Shown here in pieces: positions 9,393 through 18,008 of a DNA stretch of 34,794 nucleotides (the first letter of the stretch is position 1; every line of letters begins with the position of its first letter). The notes below the pieces were generated by a model, which saw only the letters and a program-made list of their open reading frames with translations, was not told where the DNA came from and did no database searches. This stretch comes from a virus. Lineage: Duplodnaviria; Caudoviricetes. Position numbers and translations under genes: made by a program. The DNA lies in IMG/VR virus record IMGVR_UViG_3300011339_000093, positions 1 to 34,794 of that record. The stretch is one strand, 5' to 3'.

Positions 9393-9858
9393 TGACAAGT
9401 CTCCTCACTTCTTCGTAGGCGCTGGCGCAGGCGTTGAGCTTGGTGATGGCTTTGTCTCCTTCGGCTGCGATGTCGATAAGAGCTGCAATAACTTCTCGCT
9501 CAGATTCGGTTTGAGGGGGATCGCTGGGTTGTGGATTTCCAGTGGCAGGGGTGGCACTTGCATTGGCTTGTGGACAACTTGGGGCTGGGAGGCGCAGCCG
9601 GCCAGTGCGAGCAAGCTCATGCATAGCAGACTGTTTCTTGACAATATCATCTTGGGCCTTTCTGAGTTTCGTTTCCTGATCTTGCAGCTTCTCGCCAAGT
9701 TCTTTCTCTTTGGCTCTGGCTTCATCATTCTTTTGGGCAATGGCAATCTTCATGTCATTGTCTCGCTCCAGCCACCCATAGTGGTGGCCCACTCGGTATG
9801 AGCCGAATAGCGAGACCAAGACACCAACAATGAGCCAGGGTAAGGGTATTGGCAGCAT
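9382..9858 (-). CDS. Rz: Rz-like inner-membrane spanin
   Basis: N-terminal TM helix, then coiled coil, then GRLRLP..CP; adjacent to endolysin; contains an embedded lipoprotein ORF. Confidence 0.8.
   Translation of the reverse strand: MLPIPLPWLIVGVLVSLFGSYRVGHHYGWLERDNDMKIAIAQKNDEARAKEKELGEKLQDQETKLRKAQDDIVKKQSAMHELARTGRLRLPAPSCPQANASATPATGNPQPSDPPQTESEREVIAALIDIAAEGDKAITKLNACASAYEEVRRLVNGQ
9405..9650 (-). CDS. Rz1: Rz1-like outer-membrane spanin lipoprotein embedded out of frame in Rz
   Basis: From ATG 9650: MILSRNSLLCMSLLALAGC-ASQPQ; LAGC lipobox, Pro-rich mature part; AAAGG upstream. Confidence 0.8.
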   Translation of the reverse strand: MILSRNSLLCMSLLALAGCASQPQVVHKPMQVPPLPLEIHNPAIPLKPNLSEKLLQLLSTSQPKETKPSPSSTPAPAPTKK

Positions 9859-10388
9859 TATTCTGACTCCTGTCTGGCAGCTGCCAGTTGAATGCGCTCA
9901 TGGTCATCCTCAAGATGGTCCGGTGGCGTGTCTGGTGGTGGACCAGGTGTCCAGCTCTCATCAAGCTCTGGATTGGTCCAAGTTGGCATAGCGCCAAATG
10001 GCTGGCTTGGGATGCCGTTGGTCTTTGCGTTAAAGCCGTGATTGTTGCTGTAGCCGTATTGCTGGCCATAGCCTTGCATGGGCTGGCACATTGGCTGGCC
10101 CATGGACTGCTGGCCACCAAAAGCCTTGGCAGCAGACCCCACAGCCTTCTTGCCCATCACCGCACCAATGCCGCCAACAATGAGCAAGACAATGTCGTTC
10201 AGCATCTTGGTATATGCCTGGTCAATCGGGGCCATGGACTTGATGGGCTGAGTCACAAAGGTCACAGAGTACAAAAGCGCCACCACAATGAAGCAAAGAA
10301 TGCAAGTGACCGCAATGACCACAAAGCCCCAGACTCTGACCTCGATCTCGTCAGGGGTTAGATTTTGCTTCTGGCTGCTGAGTTGCAT
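9858..10388 (-). CDS. Two-TM membrane protein, holin-like, with Gln/Pro-rich tail
   Basis: Two hydrophobic segments (VWGFVVIAV...LLY; IVLLIVGGIGAVMG); in lysis cassette. Confidence 0.5.
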   Translation of the reverse strand: MQLSSQKQNLTPDEIEVRVWGFVVIAVTCILCFIVVALLYSVTFVTQPIKSMAPIDQAYTKMLNDIVLLIVGGIGAVMGKKAVGSAAKAFGGQQSMGQPMCQPMQGYGQQYGYSNNHGFNAKTNGIPSQPFGAMPTWTNPELDESWTPGPPPDTPPDHLEDDHERIQLAAARQESE

Positions 10389-10557
10389 TGACTTGTTTCT
10401 CCAAGATGGGTGCGACCAGGTACTCTGGACACTGCTGGGTGAATAGACACTTTGGCTTTTGGCACTCTGGTGCGTGGAAATGGTCAGGATTCTGGCACTT
10501 GTACCGATAGCGGTCTTCGCAGCCAGTCAGCAGTAACAGAAGCAATAAATATCTCAT
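10351..10557 (-). CDS. Small Cys-rich lipoprotein
   Basis: MRYLLLLLLLTGC lipobox plus four further Cys. Confidence 0.7.
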   Translation of the reverse strand: MRYLLLLLLLTGCEDRYRYKCQNPDHFHAPECQKPKCLFTQQCPEYLVAPILEKQVNATQQPEAKSNP

Positions 10558-10709
10558 TTGCCTAATCCTACTCTGCCTAACAGTAAATTGACAATTTTGT
10601 CAGATAAATCATCTGGCAAAAACTTTAGAAAACCAAGAAACCACAGCGCCACAAGACCATAAATTACGATCTTGAGCGCCAAGTCAAAGGTCTTCTGATA
10701 CTCATTCAC
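10554..10709 (-). CDS. Small single-TM protein (51 aa)
   Basis: Manual read: MNEYQKTFDLALKIVIYGLVALWFLGFLKFLPDDLSDKIVNLLLGRVGLGK; GTGA and ATGA overlaps with both neighbours. Confidence 0.7.
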   Translation of the reverse strand: MNEYQKTFDLALKIVIYGLVALWFLGFLKFLPDDLSDKIVNLLLGRVGLGK

Positions 10710-11209
10710 CGACCACACCTTCTAGTGGTTGCACAAAAGTCCATCAACTCGTTGATGCCGATGGCCACCAGGAACAAGACAAAAGCGCAGCCGCCAATGA
10801 TCATGGCCAGCTCGTTCATCTCTTGCTCTTTCTTTTTTGCCGCCTTCTCTGCCTTTTCTAAAGACCTCAGTTCTCTTGCGTCATCGATGTCCATCTGGGC
10901 TTGACGCTCTTTGATCTTGTTCCAGACATCAATCTTTCCAGACTGCATGAAGAGCATTTTTAGCTCTTCCTCAAATGCTCTGGCTTGCTCCAGCGCCATC
11001 TCAATCTGGAGAGCCTGGCCCATGTTTGAGCTTTTTTTGTTTTTCTTGGCATCGAGCAGGGCTTTGGTACATTGGCTCTTGGCATCGAACATCTTGCCCA
11101 GCATTGGGGCTAATGAACCCAGATCATTGGCCACCTTGCTGGCCTTCTTGACCATGCTGATGGCGCTTTGCAGACCTTCTAATGCACTCAGTGGATCAAT
11201 GGGAATCAT
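10706..11209 (-). CDS. Coiled-coil protein with C-terminal TM helix
   Basis: 167 aa; MIIGGCAFVLFLVAIGI TM segment; translationally coupled. Confidence 0.65.
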   Translation of the reverse strand: MIPIDPLSALEGLQSAISMVKKASKVANDLGSLAPMLGKMFDAKSQCTKALLDAKKNKKSSNMGQALQIEMALEQARAFEEELKMLFMQSGKIDVWNKIKERQAQMDIDDARELRSLEKAEKAAKKKEQEMNELAMIIGGCAFVLFLVAIGINELMDFCATTRRCGR

Positions 11210-11694
11210 ACGACCTCTGGCAAGTTGTAATACTGCTTTTCGCCTGCTTTTCTAGCTGCTATTGCATCTTCTAAGTTTTTATAAAAACCAAGCCATTTAT
11301 TTTTCTTGTTTACTTTGACATATACAGTCCAGCATTTATGGCTCTTAATCCATGACACGCCTATGTGGCCACTTTTATTGTGGCTTGGCAATGAAATGTT
11401 TTGACAATTATCAGTTCTGTTTACAGCACGAAGATTGCAAAGTCTATTGTCATTCCTAATCCTATTTTTATGGTCAATGTCTTGCTCTGGAAAACTTCCA
11501 TAAACATAAAGCCACGCAAGTCGATGCGTTAAATAAGACTTTCCATGTATTTTGGCAGTGTAATAACCATGACCATTAGGCGCTTTTGCTTCTTGCCAAG
11601 GCTTAACATTGCGACCATTACCATTTCTCCAAAGTAGTATTCCACTTTGGGCATCATAGTAAAACAACCTTTTGACTGTTTCTTGATCGATCAT
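11206..11694 (-). CDS. HNH homing endonuclease with AP2 domain
   Basis: HRLAWLYVYG..IDHKNRIRNDNRLCNLR (HNH_3 type); C-terminal SGHIGVSW..WLGFYKNLEDAIAAR (AP2-like); AT-rich; start at MIDQ (ATGA overlap). Confidence 0.9.
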   Translation of the reverse strand: MIDQETVKRLFYYDAQSGILLWRNGNGRNVKPWQEAKAPNGHGYYTAKIHGKSYLTHRLAWLYVYGSFPEQDIDHKNRIRNDNRLCNLRAVNRTDNCQNISLPSHNKSGHIGVSWIKSHKCWTVYVKVNKKNKWLGFYKNLEDAIAARKAGEKQYYNLPEVV

Positions 11695-11813
11695 TTCCGT
11701 TCTACCTTTTCCCACTTGATGCAGACAACCCTTCGATTGTAGACATCACCGGTCCATGTCCACTTGACGCATCTGTACTCAATGGCCGCTAATAGGACCA
11801 GAGCATAAATCAT
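11691..11813 (-). CDS. Small exported/membrane peptide (40 aa, two Cys)
   Basis: MIYALVLLAAIEYRCVKWTWTGDVYNRRVVCIKWEKVERK; ATGA overlaps at both ends. Confidence 0.6.
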   Translation of the reverse strand: MIYALVLLAAIEYRCVKWTWTGDVYNRRVVCIKWEKVERK

Positions 11814-11902
11814 GGCCAAAACAAAATGATGACAAAAAAAGACCATGCAATGGTCAGAACAAGCAAGGCCGCAGCAATGATTGCCACGGCCCAGTCCCTC
11901 AT
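11810..11902 (-). CDS. 30-aa single-TM peptide
   Basis: Manual read: MRDWAVAIIAAALLVLTIAWSFFVIILFWP; ATGA overlaps at both ends. Confidence 0.6.
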   Translation of the reverse strand: MRDWAVAIIAAALLVLTIAWSFFVIILFWP

Positions 11903-12102
11903 AGCCCGAATATCTTCTTGATGAATTCGGCAGCCACACCTGGTCCAAACAACACGCAAAGAATCACCCCATACAAAAGGTATTCAATCTTTGTCATGCG
12001 CTTGTCCCCATCGCGCAGTGACCGATCAATGTTGTTGTATCTCTCTAAACAGATCGCTTCATGCACTGAAAGCCTTTTGTCAATGTCGGCATCCATGGTC
12101 AT
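11899..12102 (-). CDS. Holin/XhlA-like membrane protein
   Basis: HEAICLERY coiled coil followed by a C-terminal TM helix. Confidence 0.55.
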   Translation of the reverse strand: MTMDADIDKRLSVHEAICLERYNNIDRSLRDGDKRMTKIEYLLYGVILCVLFGPGVAAEFIKKIFGL

Positions 12103-12248
12103 TGCACAGTTGATTCGTCTTTTGGCACTTGCGCTTCAGCCTGGTCCTTGATCTTCAAAATCAAAGGCCACACACCAGACTTGGCGGGCATTTCACCCAA
12201 AACATTCAAAATGAATTGGACTTCGTTTGGGTCTAGTTCTAATTTCAT
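12099..12248 (-). CDS. Small hypothetical protein (49 aa), fibre-associated position
   Basis: Manual read: MKLELDPNEVQFILNVLGEMPAKSGVWPLILKIKDQAEAQVPKDESTVQ; ATGA overlap downstream. Confidence 0.65.
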   Translation of the reverse strand: MKLELDPNEVQFILNVLGEMPAKSGVWPLILKIKDQAEAQVPKDESTVQ

Positions 12249-12252
12249 GTTT

Positions 12253-12543
12253 TTACCAAGGTGTACCAGAAGCAGTTACTGGTGCTTTCTGCAAAGCAAT
12301 CTGAGCCGCCAGAGCATCTTCTGTGGCTTGTTTGTCAACACCATTAGCCCATACCCATCCAAGCACTGTGGCTTGTGTCAGGTCTGCATAAGGCGTGTTG
12401 ACTGTGCCATCTGACCATGAGCAAGTTGAGTAAATGGATGCTGAGTAATCACCATCTACTGCATTGCACTGCCAGTGGGCGGTAGTTACAAAGCCATTAG
12501 CTGTGTTGCGGTCTAGTTGTGAGATTGTCCAAGTTACTGACAT
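12253..12543 (-). CDS. Putative tail fibre assembly/accessory protein
   Basis: 96 aa; PYADLTQATVLGWV...GTPW pattern; directly after the fibre gene; AAGGA RBS. Confidence 0.55.
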   Translation of the reverse strand: MSVTWTISQLDRNTANGFVTTAHWQCNAVDGDYSASIYSTCSWSDGTVNTPYADLTQATVLGWVWANGVDKQATEDALAAQIALQKAPVTASGTPW

Positions 12544-12555
12544 GATATTTTCCTT

Positions 12556-14223
12556 TTAAAGATTAGCGGCATCAAGTCGTGCCTTGAGTGATTCAATAAT
12601 TGCTTGTTGTTCTTGGATTGCTTTAAATGCAAGTGAAACCATTTGCCCATAAGCCAAAGCGTCTGGGCTTCCATCTTCTGCGTACTGAACAAACTCTGTC
12701 AGTCCTGCTTCATGGACTTCTTCGGCAATTAAACCGCCAAATACTGTATCACCATCATTTTTACCTTTATAGGTGACAGAACGCAAGGCCATCACTTGAG
12801 CAATACCATGTGTTGCGTCTTGAACATCAGTTTTGTATTTCAATGATGATGTTGACCTACGCAATTCACCATTAGAACCAACCCAAAGATTTGCGGCAGA
12901 AGCAGTTGTTAGGTTGTATGGAGAATTTACCCCGCCACCTGTTTGCATATAGCCGTCATTACGGGCAAAAAATAACACAGTATCAGCCGAATCATGTACT
13001 CTAATTGCATAGTTTGAGGATGATGTATCTGCGCCTTTTGAGAACAATCTTGAACTTGTTGATGACGTTGCGCCAACACATAAATCTCCAGCCGCTGTCA
13101 ATGTGAGTGCTTGGGTAAAGGTGATAGCGTTTCCTGCTGTGCCTGATGCGGCTGTGTACCAGAAATGCTGACCAGTTGCTTGCGTGTATCTTGATGCAAA
13201 ATCAGTATATGGATAGCGATATACAGCGGAAGAATCAAGATAAAAATTAGCCCCGATACTCATATTTGGGCCATTTGTCCGACCCTCAAGTATTGCACCT
13301 TGTCCTATTTGTAATGCTCGAACTGTGCTGAATTGAGCACTCGGTGTAACACCAAGACCTAGATTGCCTGCGCTGTCTAGTTGGAAATTACCTTGCGCAC
13401 CTGAGTACAAATACAATGTGTCTGTTGTGTGCTGATAATCAATGCCACCACGATATGACTGATTGCCTGTCTTTCCATCAGCAAACCAAATTGAGCCATT
13501 TCTATTTGATGCACTAGCGATGGTTATGCCATTGTTATAATCGGTGCTTGTATCTATGACTAATTTGTTTGCCAAATATCCTGTAGGCGAACTCGTCCCA
13601 ATACCCAGACCTGTCGAGGTGACACGGGTAATCTCAGAAAACCCTATTTCAGTAGTTATGTTTGAGTTAGCGTTGATGCGAAGCGCACCACCACCACAAC
13701 TCATCAATGTGCTACCTTGATTGGTGTACATATTAAATCGCTGAATTCCACCTTGTACAAAATCAAGATTTGCGTAATCGCTTGCTGTGTTATTTGCAGT
13801 AGCAACTCGTAATGATGCAGATGTTCCAGAAGAATAAGCATCTACTGTGGCTGTAGGAGAACGACCAACACCTAATTGACTACCATCAAAAGTAAGCGCA
13901 GAGCCACTTGTCAGAACCTTTGAGCCGTTTAGGTAAGTAACTCCGTTTGCTGTGCCTCCAGAGAGGGTTAGATTGCCGGATAAGGTTGCAGCTGCTGCGG
14001 CAACAGTTCCTGTCAGTGTCGGAGAGGCAGACAACACATTGCTGCCAGTTCCAGTGCTTGTGCCAACACCCGTGCCACCCTTCGTCACTTTTAGCAATGG
14101 GCCTGCATCAAACAATGCGTCAATGGTGTCCAGATCGGTGTTGATCTTTGTTCCCCAGGTGTCAGTGGATGCACCGACTTCGGGTTTTGTAAGTAGTAGG
14201 TTGGTCGTTGTGGAGTCAGCCAT
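12556..14223 (-). CDS. Tail fibre with C-terminal intramolecular chaperone (peptidase S74) domain
   Basis: [24 protein letters not shown] anchor; GIGTSSP-type repeats; [32 protein letters not shown] terminus. Confidence 0.85.
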   Translation of the reverse strand: MADSTTTNLLLTKPEVGASTDTWGTKINTDLDTIDALFDAGPLLKVTKGGTGVGTSTGTGSNVLSASPTLTGTVAAAAATLSGNLTLSGGTANGVTYLNGSKVLTSGSALTFDGSQLGVGRSPTATVDAYSSGTSASLRVATANNTASDYANLDFVQGGIQRFNMYTNQGSTLMSCGGGALRINANSNITTEIGFSEITRVTSTGLGIGTSSPTGYLANKLVIDTSTDYNNGITIASASNRNGSIWFADGKTGNQSYRGGIDYQHTTDTLYLYSGAQGNFQLDSAGNLGLGVTPSAQFSTVRALQIGQGAILEGRTNGPNMSIGANFYLDSSAVYRYPYTDFASRYTQATGQHFWYTAASGTAGNAITFTQALTLTAAGDLCVGATSSTSSRLFSKGADTSSSNYAIRVHDSADTVLFFARNDGYMQTGGGVNSPYNLTTASAANLWVGSNGELRRSTSSLKYKTDVQDATHGIAQVMALRSVTYKGKNDGDTVFGGLIAEEVHEAGLTEFVQYAEDGSPDALAYGQMVSLAFKAIQEQQAIIESLKARLDAANL

Positions 14224-14231
14224 ATTTCACC

Positions 14232-14993
14232 TCATGCGGCAATTTGCCAGGATTCGCTATTATCCGCAATTGGAGACCAAGATTCACTGGTGTCATCAAT
14301 TGCGGCCCATGTTTCTGATGTGTCTGTGATCGGTGTCCAGGTCTCTGCATTGTCAGAGATTGCATCCCAAGTTTCTGCCGTATCAGACTCTGCCACCCAT
14401 TTTAGATTGCCGGCAATCGTCATAGATGACTGGCAAGTGAAATCAATTGCACTGGTTTGTGTTCGCGTGCTATTGACTGTCATGCCAGACTCGGCTGCCA
14501 TCAGCACCGATCCGCGCAGCACCACAGTGGTGGCCACAGTCATCACGGCAAAGTCTTCAATCAGGATTTGAATGAGTGGGACTCTGACAGCTGCCACCGA
14601 CATGGTGCTGGTATCGACTGAGGCAAATGCACCAATAGCCACCCTGGTGGCCGCAAAGCTGGCGCTAGAGCTTGCCGTGAGTGTCGATGCACCTATGGCA
14701 TACCGCACCGCATTGGCGGCCATGGTGCTGGCGCTGGTGGCCGTGGCCGATGCGACTGCGACTCTTTGCGCAGCAGCTGTCGCACTGCTAGATGCTGAAA
14801 CCGAAAATGATGCTGTCTTGACGACATTGGCCGCGACTGTCTCTGTACTGGTGCTAGAAACAGAAAACGCACCTATGCAGATGCGTCTTGCGTTGAATGC
14901 AGCCGTGCTGGTGGCCGCGAAAGTAACCGCCCCAAGGCTTACGCCATAGGAATACTTTCCTTGTCCATACGGGCCAAGACCATAGGCTGCCAT
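14232..14993 (-). CDS. Ala/Ser/Thr-rich structural protein with C-terminal Trp-acidic repeats
   Basis: 253 aa; YGxGxYG start; 10-aa W-periodic repeats at the C-terminus. Confidence 0.6.
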   Translation of the reverse strand: MAAYGLGPYGQGKYSYGVSLGAVTFAATSTAAFNARRICIGAFSVSSTSTETVAANVVKTASFSVSASSSATAAAQRVAVASATATSASTMAANAVRYAIGASTLTASSSASFAATRVAIGAFASVDTSTMSVAAVRVPLIQILIEDFAVMTVATTVVLRGSVLMAAESGMTVNSTRTQTSAIDFTCQSSMTIAGNLKWVAESDTAETWDAISDNAETWTPITDTSETWAAIDDTSESWSPIADNSESWQIAA

Positions 14994-14994
14994 G

Positions 14995-15393
14995 TCATGT
15001 CAATGTGACATCAAGGTCGCCAGCTGGGATGCGCAGCACATCGCCATCATTGATGGTGCGTGCAGTTGTTAGCGCTGCCCAGGCTAATAGATTGCCGCCA
15101 GTAGATGCATCAAAGATGCCTGCCCAGCCAATTGATCCCCAGTTACCGCCAGAAGCAGCTGCAAACTCGATGGCCGCTGCATTGGTTGCGTTTGTGGGGA
15201 TTGTGCCGGAGACAGTGATCGTGCCAGTCACCACTCGCGCATAGGCGCTGCCAGACACTTCAGTGCCGCCACCCGTGTCACTGGGTGCAGCCGTGAAGAG
15301 GCCAACATACCAAGCCGTGGGGCGTGTGGCAGAGCCTGTGGTCAGCAGCCAAGTTAAAACTAGGTTTTCGGTGTAATCGGTAAATGATGACAT
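14995..15393 (-). CDS. Conserved tail/fibre-associated structural protein
   Basis: 132 aa; YVGLFTAAPSDTGGGTEVSG..YAR and GIFDASTGGNLL motifs common in phage structural modules. Confidence 0.65.
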   Translation of the reverse strand: MSSFTDYTENLVLTWLLTTGSATRPTAWYVGLFTAAPSDTGGGTEVSGSAYARVVTGTITVSGTIPTNATNAAAIEFAAASGGNWGSIGWAGIFDASTGGNLLAWAALTTARTINDGDVLRIPAGDLDVTLT

Positions 15394-15403
15394 GGTCTAG
15401 TCC

Positions 15404-16027
15404 TTATCCAAAAGTCTTTGCACGGGTGAGCAATGCACCACCAGAAGATGCACTGCGATCATCGGCAGTTTGTGAATCGTTCAAGGCTCGCTCATAGAGT
15501 GTTGCCCATGTCTGGATTCTCGCATCATCTTGCAAGTATGGTGCAGCCTGCAAGAGCGCTCCATACAGATAAATGTCGGGGTTTGATGTCAAAAGCCAGT
15601 TGGTCGTGTTGCTAGTTGATAACTTTGACAACTTTGCGTAATAGGTCAGCTCTGTCGTGTAGTTACTGTCTGGCAATGGGACTAGTCGAAACTGGCCACC
15701 AACAATGCCAAAGAATTTAGGCTTGCCACTGCCAGTGTATTTTGCGGCCTCATTGTCCAAGGCATCAATGCTCAAGAATGACAATGGTGTCTCAGGGTTT
15801 GTGCTTGTGAGCTTGAGGGATTTAGTCTCTAAAAAGTCAGCAGGCACTGCACCATATTGCGCATCAAAAGACGCATTGGCCCTGACAATCATCTGCCTGG
15901 TGCGCAGTGTACGTTCCACTTGCGCTTCGGCCAGCGAGATAAAGTCAGGAATGACAGAAGTCAGGTCCGACCGGTTAAGCCAGTCACCAATGGATGTCTT
16001 CAGTTCTGCGTATGTAGTCAGTGCCAT
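15404..16027 (-). CDS. Head-tail adaptor (P22 gp4-like)
   Basis: Start at MALTTYAELK (16027); FISLAEA and PDIYLYGALLQAAPYL motifs. Confidence 0.7.
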   Translation of the reverse strand: MALTTYAELKTSIGDWLNRSDLTSVIPDFISLAEAQVERTLRTRQMIVRANASFDAQYGAVPADFLETKSLKLTSTNPETPLSFLSIDALDNEAAKYTGSGKPKFFGIVGGQFRLVPLPDSNYTTELTYYAKLSKLSTSNTTNWLLTSNPDIYLYGALLQAAPYLQDDARIQTWATLYERALNDSQTADDRSASSGGALLTRAKTFG

Positions 16028-16677
16028 TATTGGGCCTCTTTTTCCATTTCCTCTTTCACAATCCAAGTGTGTTCATGGCGAAACTCAAACGTGCCAATGT
16101 GGCCAATTTCCTTTGAGACATCATGGTCGATGTAGACTTTGTAGCCAAGCTCTTGCGCTTTCTTACAAAAGAACACATCCTCTCCCATGTAGCCTCTGGT
16201 GGTCTGCCACGGCATATCAAACCATGGCTCACTCATGCCCTCAAACACCTCGCGCTTGATCAGCATTATGCCCGTTCCAATGCTTCCCACCTCTTCGATT
16301 CCAGTGGATTCTGGCATGGTGTAGACCGCCTGGCGCTTGCCTTCAGCGTCATAGTTCTGGGCCGTTGGGCCAGTTGGCATTCTGCGTCTGGCACAGTTGG
16401 CGGCCACAATCTCTTTGTCGTGCTTCAAGAGCCGCTGGACCATGTCCTGTGGAAAGGTCATATCGCTGTCAATGAAGAGAATGTGTGTGCAGCCCTCTTT
16501 CATGGCATCCAAGCAAAGGTCAGCCCTTTGGTTTTGGATGATCGTGCCTTGCATCAATTTCAGACTAATTGCATCTGTCGTGTTGAGTGTGTGATAAGCC
16601 ACCATGTTCACCATGCAGTAGGTGTAGTTGGTGTGGACCTGATCACGGGCCGGTGTGCAAACAGCAATGTAGTTCAT
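16027..16677 (-). CDS. Glycosyltransferase family 2-like protein
   Basis: THILFIDSDM (DxD), GTGIMLIKREVF, GEDVFFC, GHIG: GT-A fold motifs. Confidence 0.85.
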   Translation of the reverse strand: MNYIAVCTPARDQVHTNYTYCMVNMVAYHTLNTTDAISLKLMQGTIIQNQRADLCLDAMKEGCTHILFIDSDMTFPQDMVQRLLKHDKEIVAANCARRRMPTGPTAQNYDAEGKRQAVYTMPESTGIEEVGSIGTGIMLIKREVFEGMSEPWFDMPWQTTRGYMGEDVFFCKKAQELGYKVYIDHDVSKEIGHIGTFEFRHEHTWIVKEEMEKEAQ

Positions 16678-16991
16678 ACTTTCCCAGGGCGAGTTCTAAA
16701 AAATTGATTGTCGGAGTCGTTGAGCCAGCGTTTCATATATTCTTGGTCATCGATCTTGCCCTCGGCCTTCATCTTGTAATAAAGGGATTCGGGGATGGAT
16801 GCCACCAAGTGCCACTCACCGGTCCAGTTGGCTTTCTCGTCTGTAGCGTTATAGATGGCTTTGTTGGCCTCAATCACCGCTGTCACATCTTGCTGGGTCT
16901 CAATGGTCACATCGCCAGTCTCTGGGTTTTCATGCCAGATTCGTTTGATGCCTTGATCTTTGTTTTCGCTAAATAGTCTTTTGTGAATCAT
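16674..16991 (-). CDS. Conserved phage protein downstream of the capsid gene
   Basis: 105 aa; QDV..I..N, VASIP and WLND..N..FRT pattern. Confidence 0.65.
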   Translation of the reverse strand: MIHKRLFSENKDQGIKRIWHENPETGDVTIETQQDVTAVIEANKAIYNATDEKANWTGEWHLVASIPESLYYKMKAEGKIDDQEYMKRWLNDSDNQFFRTRPGKV

Positions 16992-16994
16992 GTT

Positions 16995-17024
16995 AAAAAA
17001 AGGGCCAAGTTTCCCTGGCCCTTT
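16995..17024 (-). terminator. Rho-independent terminator after the major capsid gene
   Basis: Minus strand AAAGGGCCAGGGAAACTTGGCCCTTTTTTT: GC stem plus 7 U. Confidence 0.85.
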
Positions 17025-17038
17025 CCGTTTACCTTCGA

Positions 17039-18001
17039 TTAAGAAGTGATCAAGTCAGCGGCCAAACCATGGGCCAACTCAGAAGTCACCTTGTGACCCC
17101 ACTCAACGATCAGCATACGCTTTTCAGCATCGCCAGTCTTGGCCAATTCAACTTGCTGATAAGGGCGCAGCATAGTCATTTTGGCGTAGTCAGGATCAAT
17201 GACCCATGCATCGCGCTCACGCTGGAAGCGGTTGGCGATAACTTGGACATTGCCAAAGTCAGACACATAGATGTCAACAGCGCCAACCAAAGTGGCAGGC
17301 TTTGCACCACCATCAATGTTGAAGCGGCTGGAAGCGATACCAGAGAAACCTGACACGCGCTGCTTGTTAACAGGGCCGCACATCAAAATCTTAGGTGTAC
17401 CACCTTGTGACCACACTTTTTGAATCACATTCTTGAGAATGGTTTCAGTGAATGTGCGCACGTTGCCATCTGTACGGGCACTGTTTGGCAGTGTTGTGTA
17501 AGATGGATCAGTACCATTGGTCTGCTTGTCTGTGTTCGTTTTGATATACGCACCCAAAGAAGCAGTCACACGGGCAGTGGTGGAATCACCAGCGACAGCA
17601 ATGCCACCATTCAACATCACGAATTCTTGGTCGCGACGTAATTCAGCGCCACGCTTGGCAATTTGGTAGGCCAATTCTGAGCGCCTGCCTGCCTTGTTGA
17701 CCACTTCTTCAGTGGCTGACAAGATGATTGTCTTGCGTGAAATCTGGCAATAGTTTTGCATACGCACAGTAGCAGTCACCGCATCAAAAGATGCGACATC
17801 ATCGCCCTCAAGCTGGGCATTTGCAGCCGCACTTGCAAGAGTATCAGTCTGATACTCAAACAAAGCATTGGACACGTTCTCACGGCCAATGTTTGAAGCA
17901 TATGGAGTTTCCTCTGGTGCTATATTTGTGATGATATTGCTCAAATCTTCCCGAATACCCTTGGCTGAATAGCTCAAGAATGTGTTACTTACGATAGCCA
18001 T
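17039..18001 (-). CDS. Major capsid protein (SU10/DUF5309-like)
   Basis: GIREDLSNII..PEETP, NYCQISRK, ELAYQIAK..ELRRDQE; GAGGA RBS; follows scaffold; terminator downstream. Confidence 0.9.
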   Translation of the reverse strand: MAIVSNTFLSYSAKGIREDLSNIITNIAPEETPYASNIGRENVSNALFEYQTDTLASAAANAQLEGDDVASFDAVTATVRMQNYCQISRKTIILSATEEVVNKAGRRSELAYQIAKRGAELRRDQEFVMLNGGIAVAGDSTTARVTASLGAYIKTNTDKQTNGTDPSYTTLPNSARTDGNVRTFTETILKNVIQKVWSQGGTPKILMCGPVNKQRVSGFSGIASSRFNIDGGAKPATLVGAVDIYVSDFGNVQVIANRFQRERDAWVIDPDYAKMTMLRPYQQVELAKTGDAEKRMLIVEWGHKVTSELAHGLAADLITS

Positions 18002-18008
18002 AATTTCC

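Noticed and set aside
12556-14223. Diversity-generating retroelement or invertible fibre cassette
   Set aside because: No reverse transcriptase, invertase or template/variable repeat pair seen in the window.
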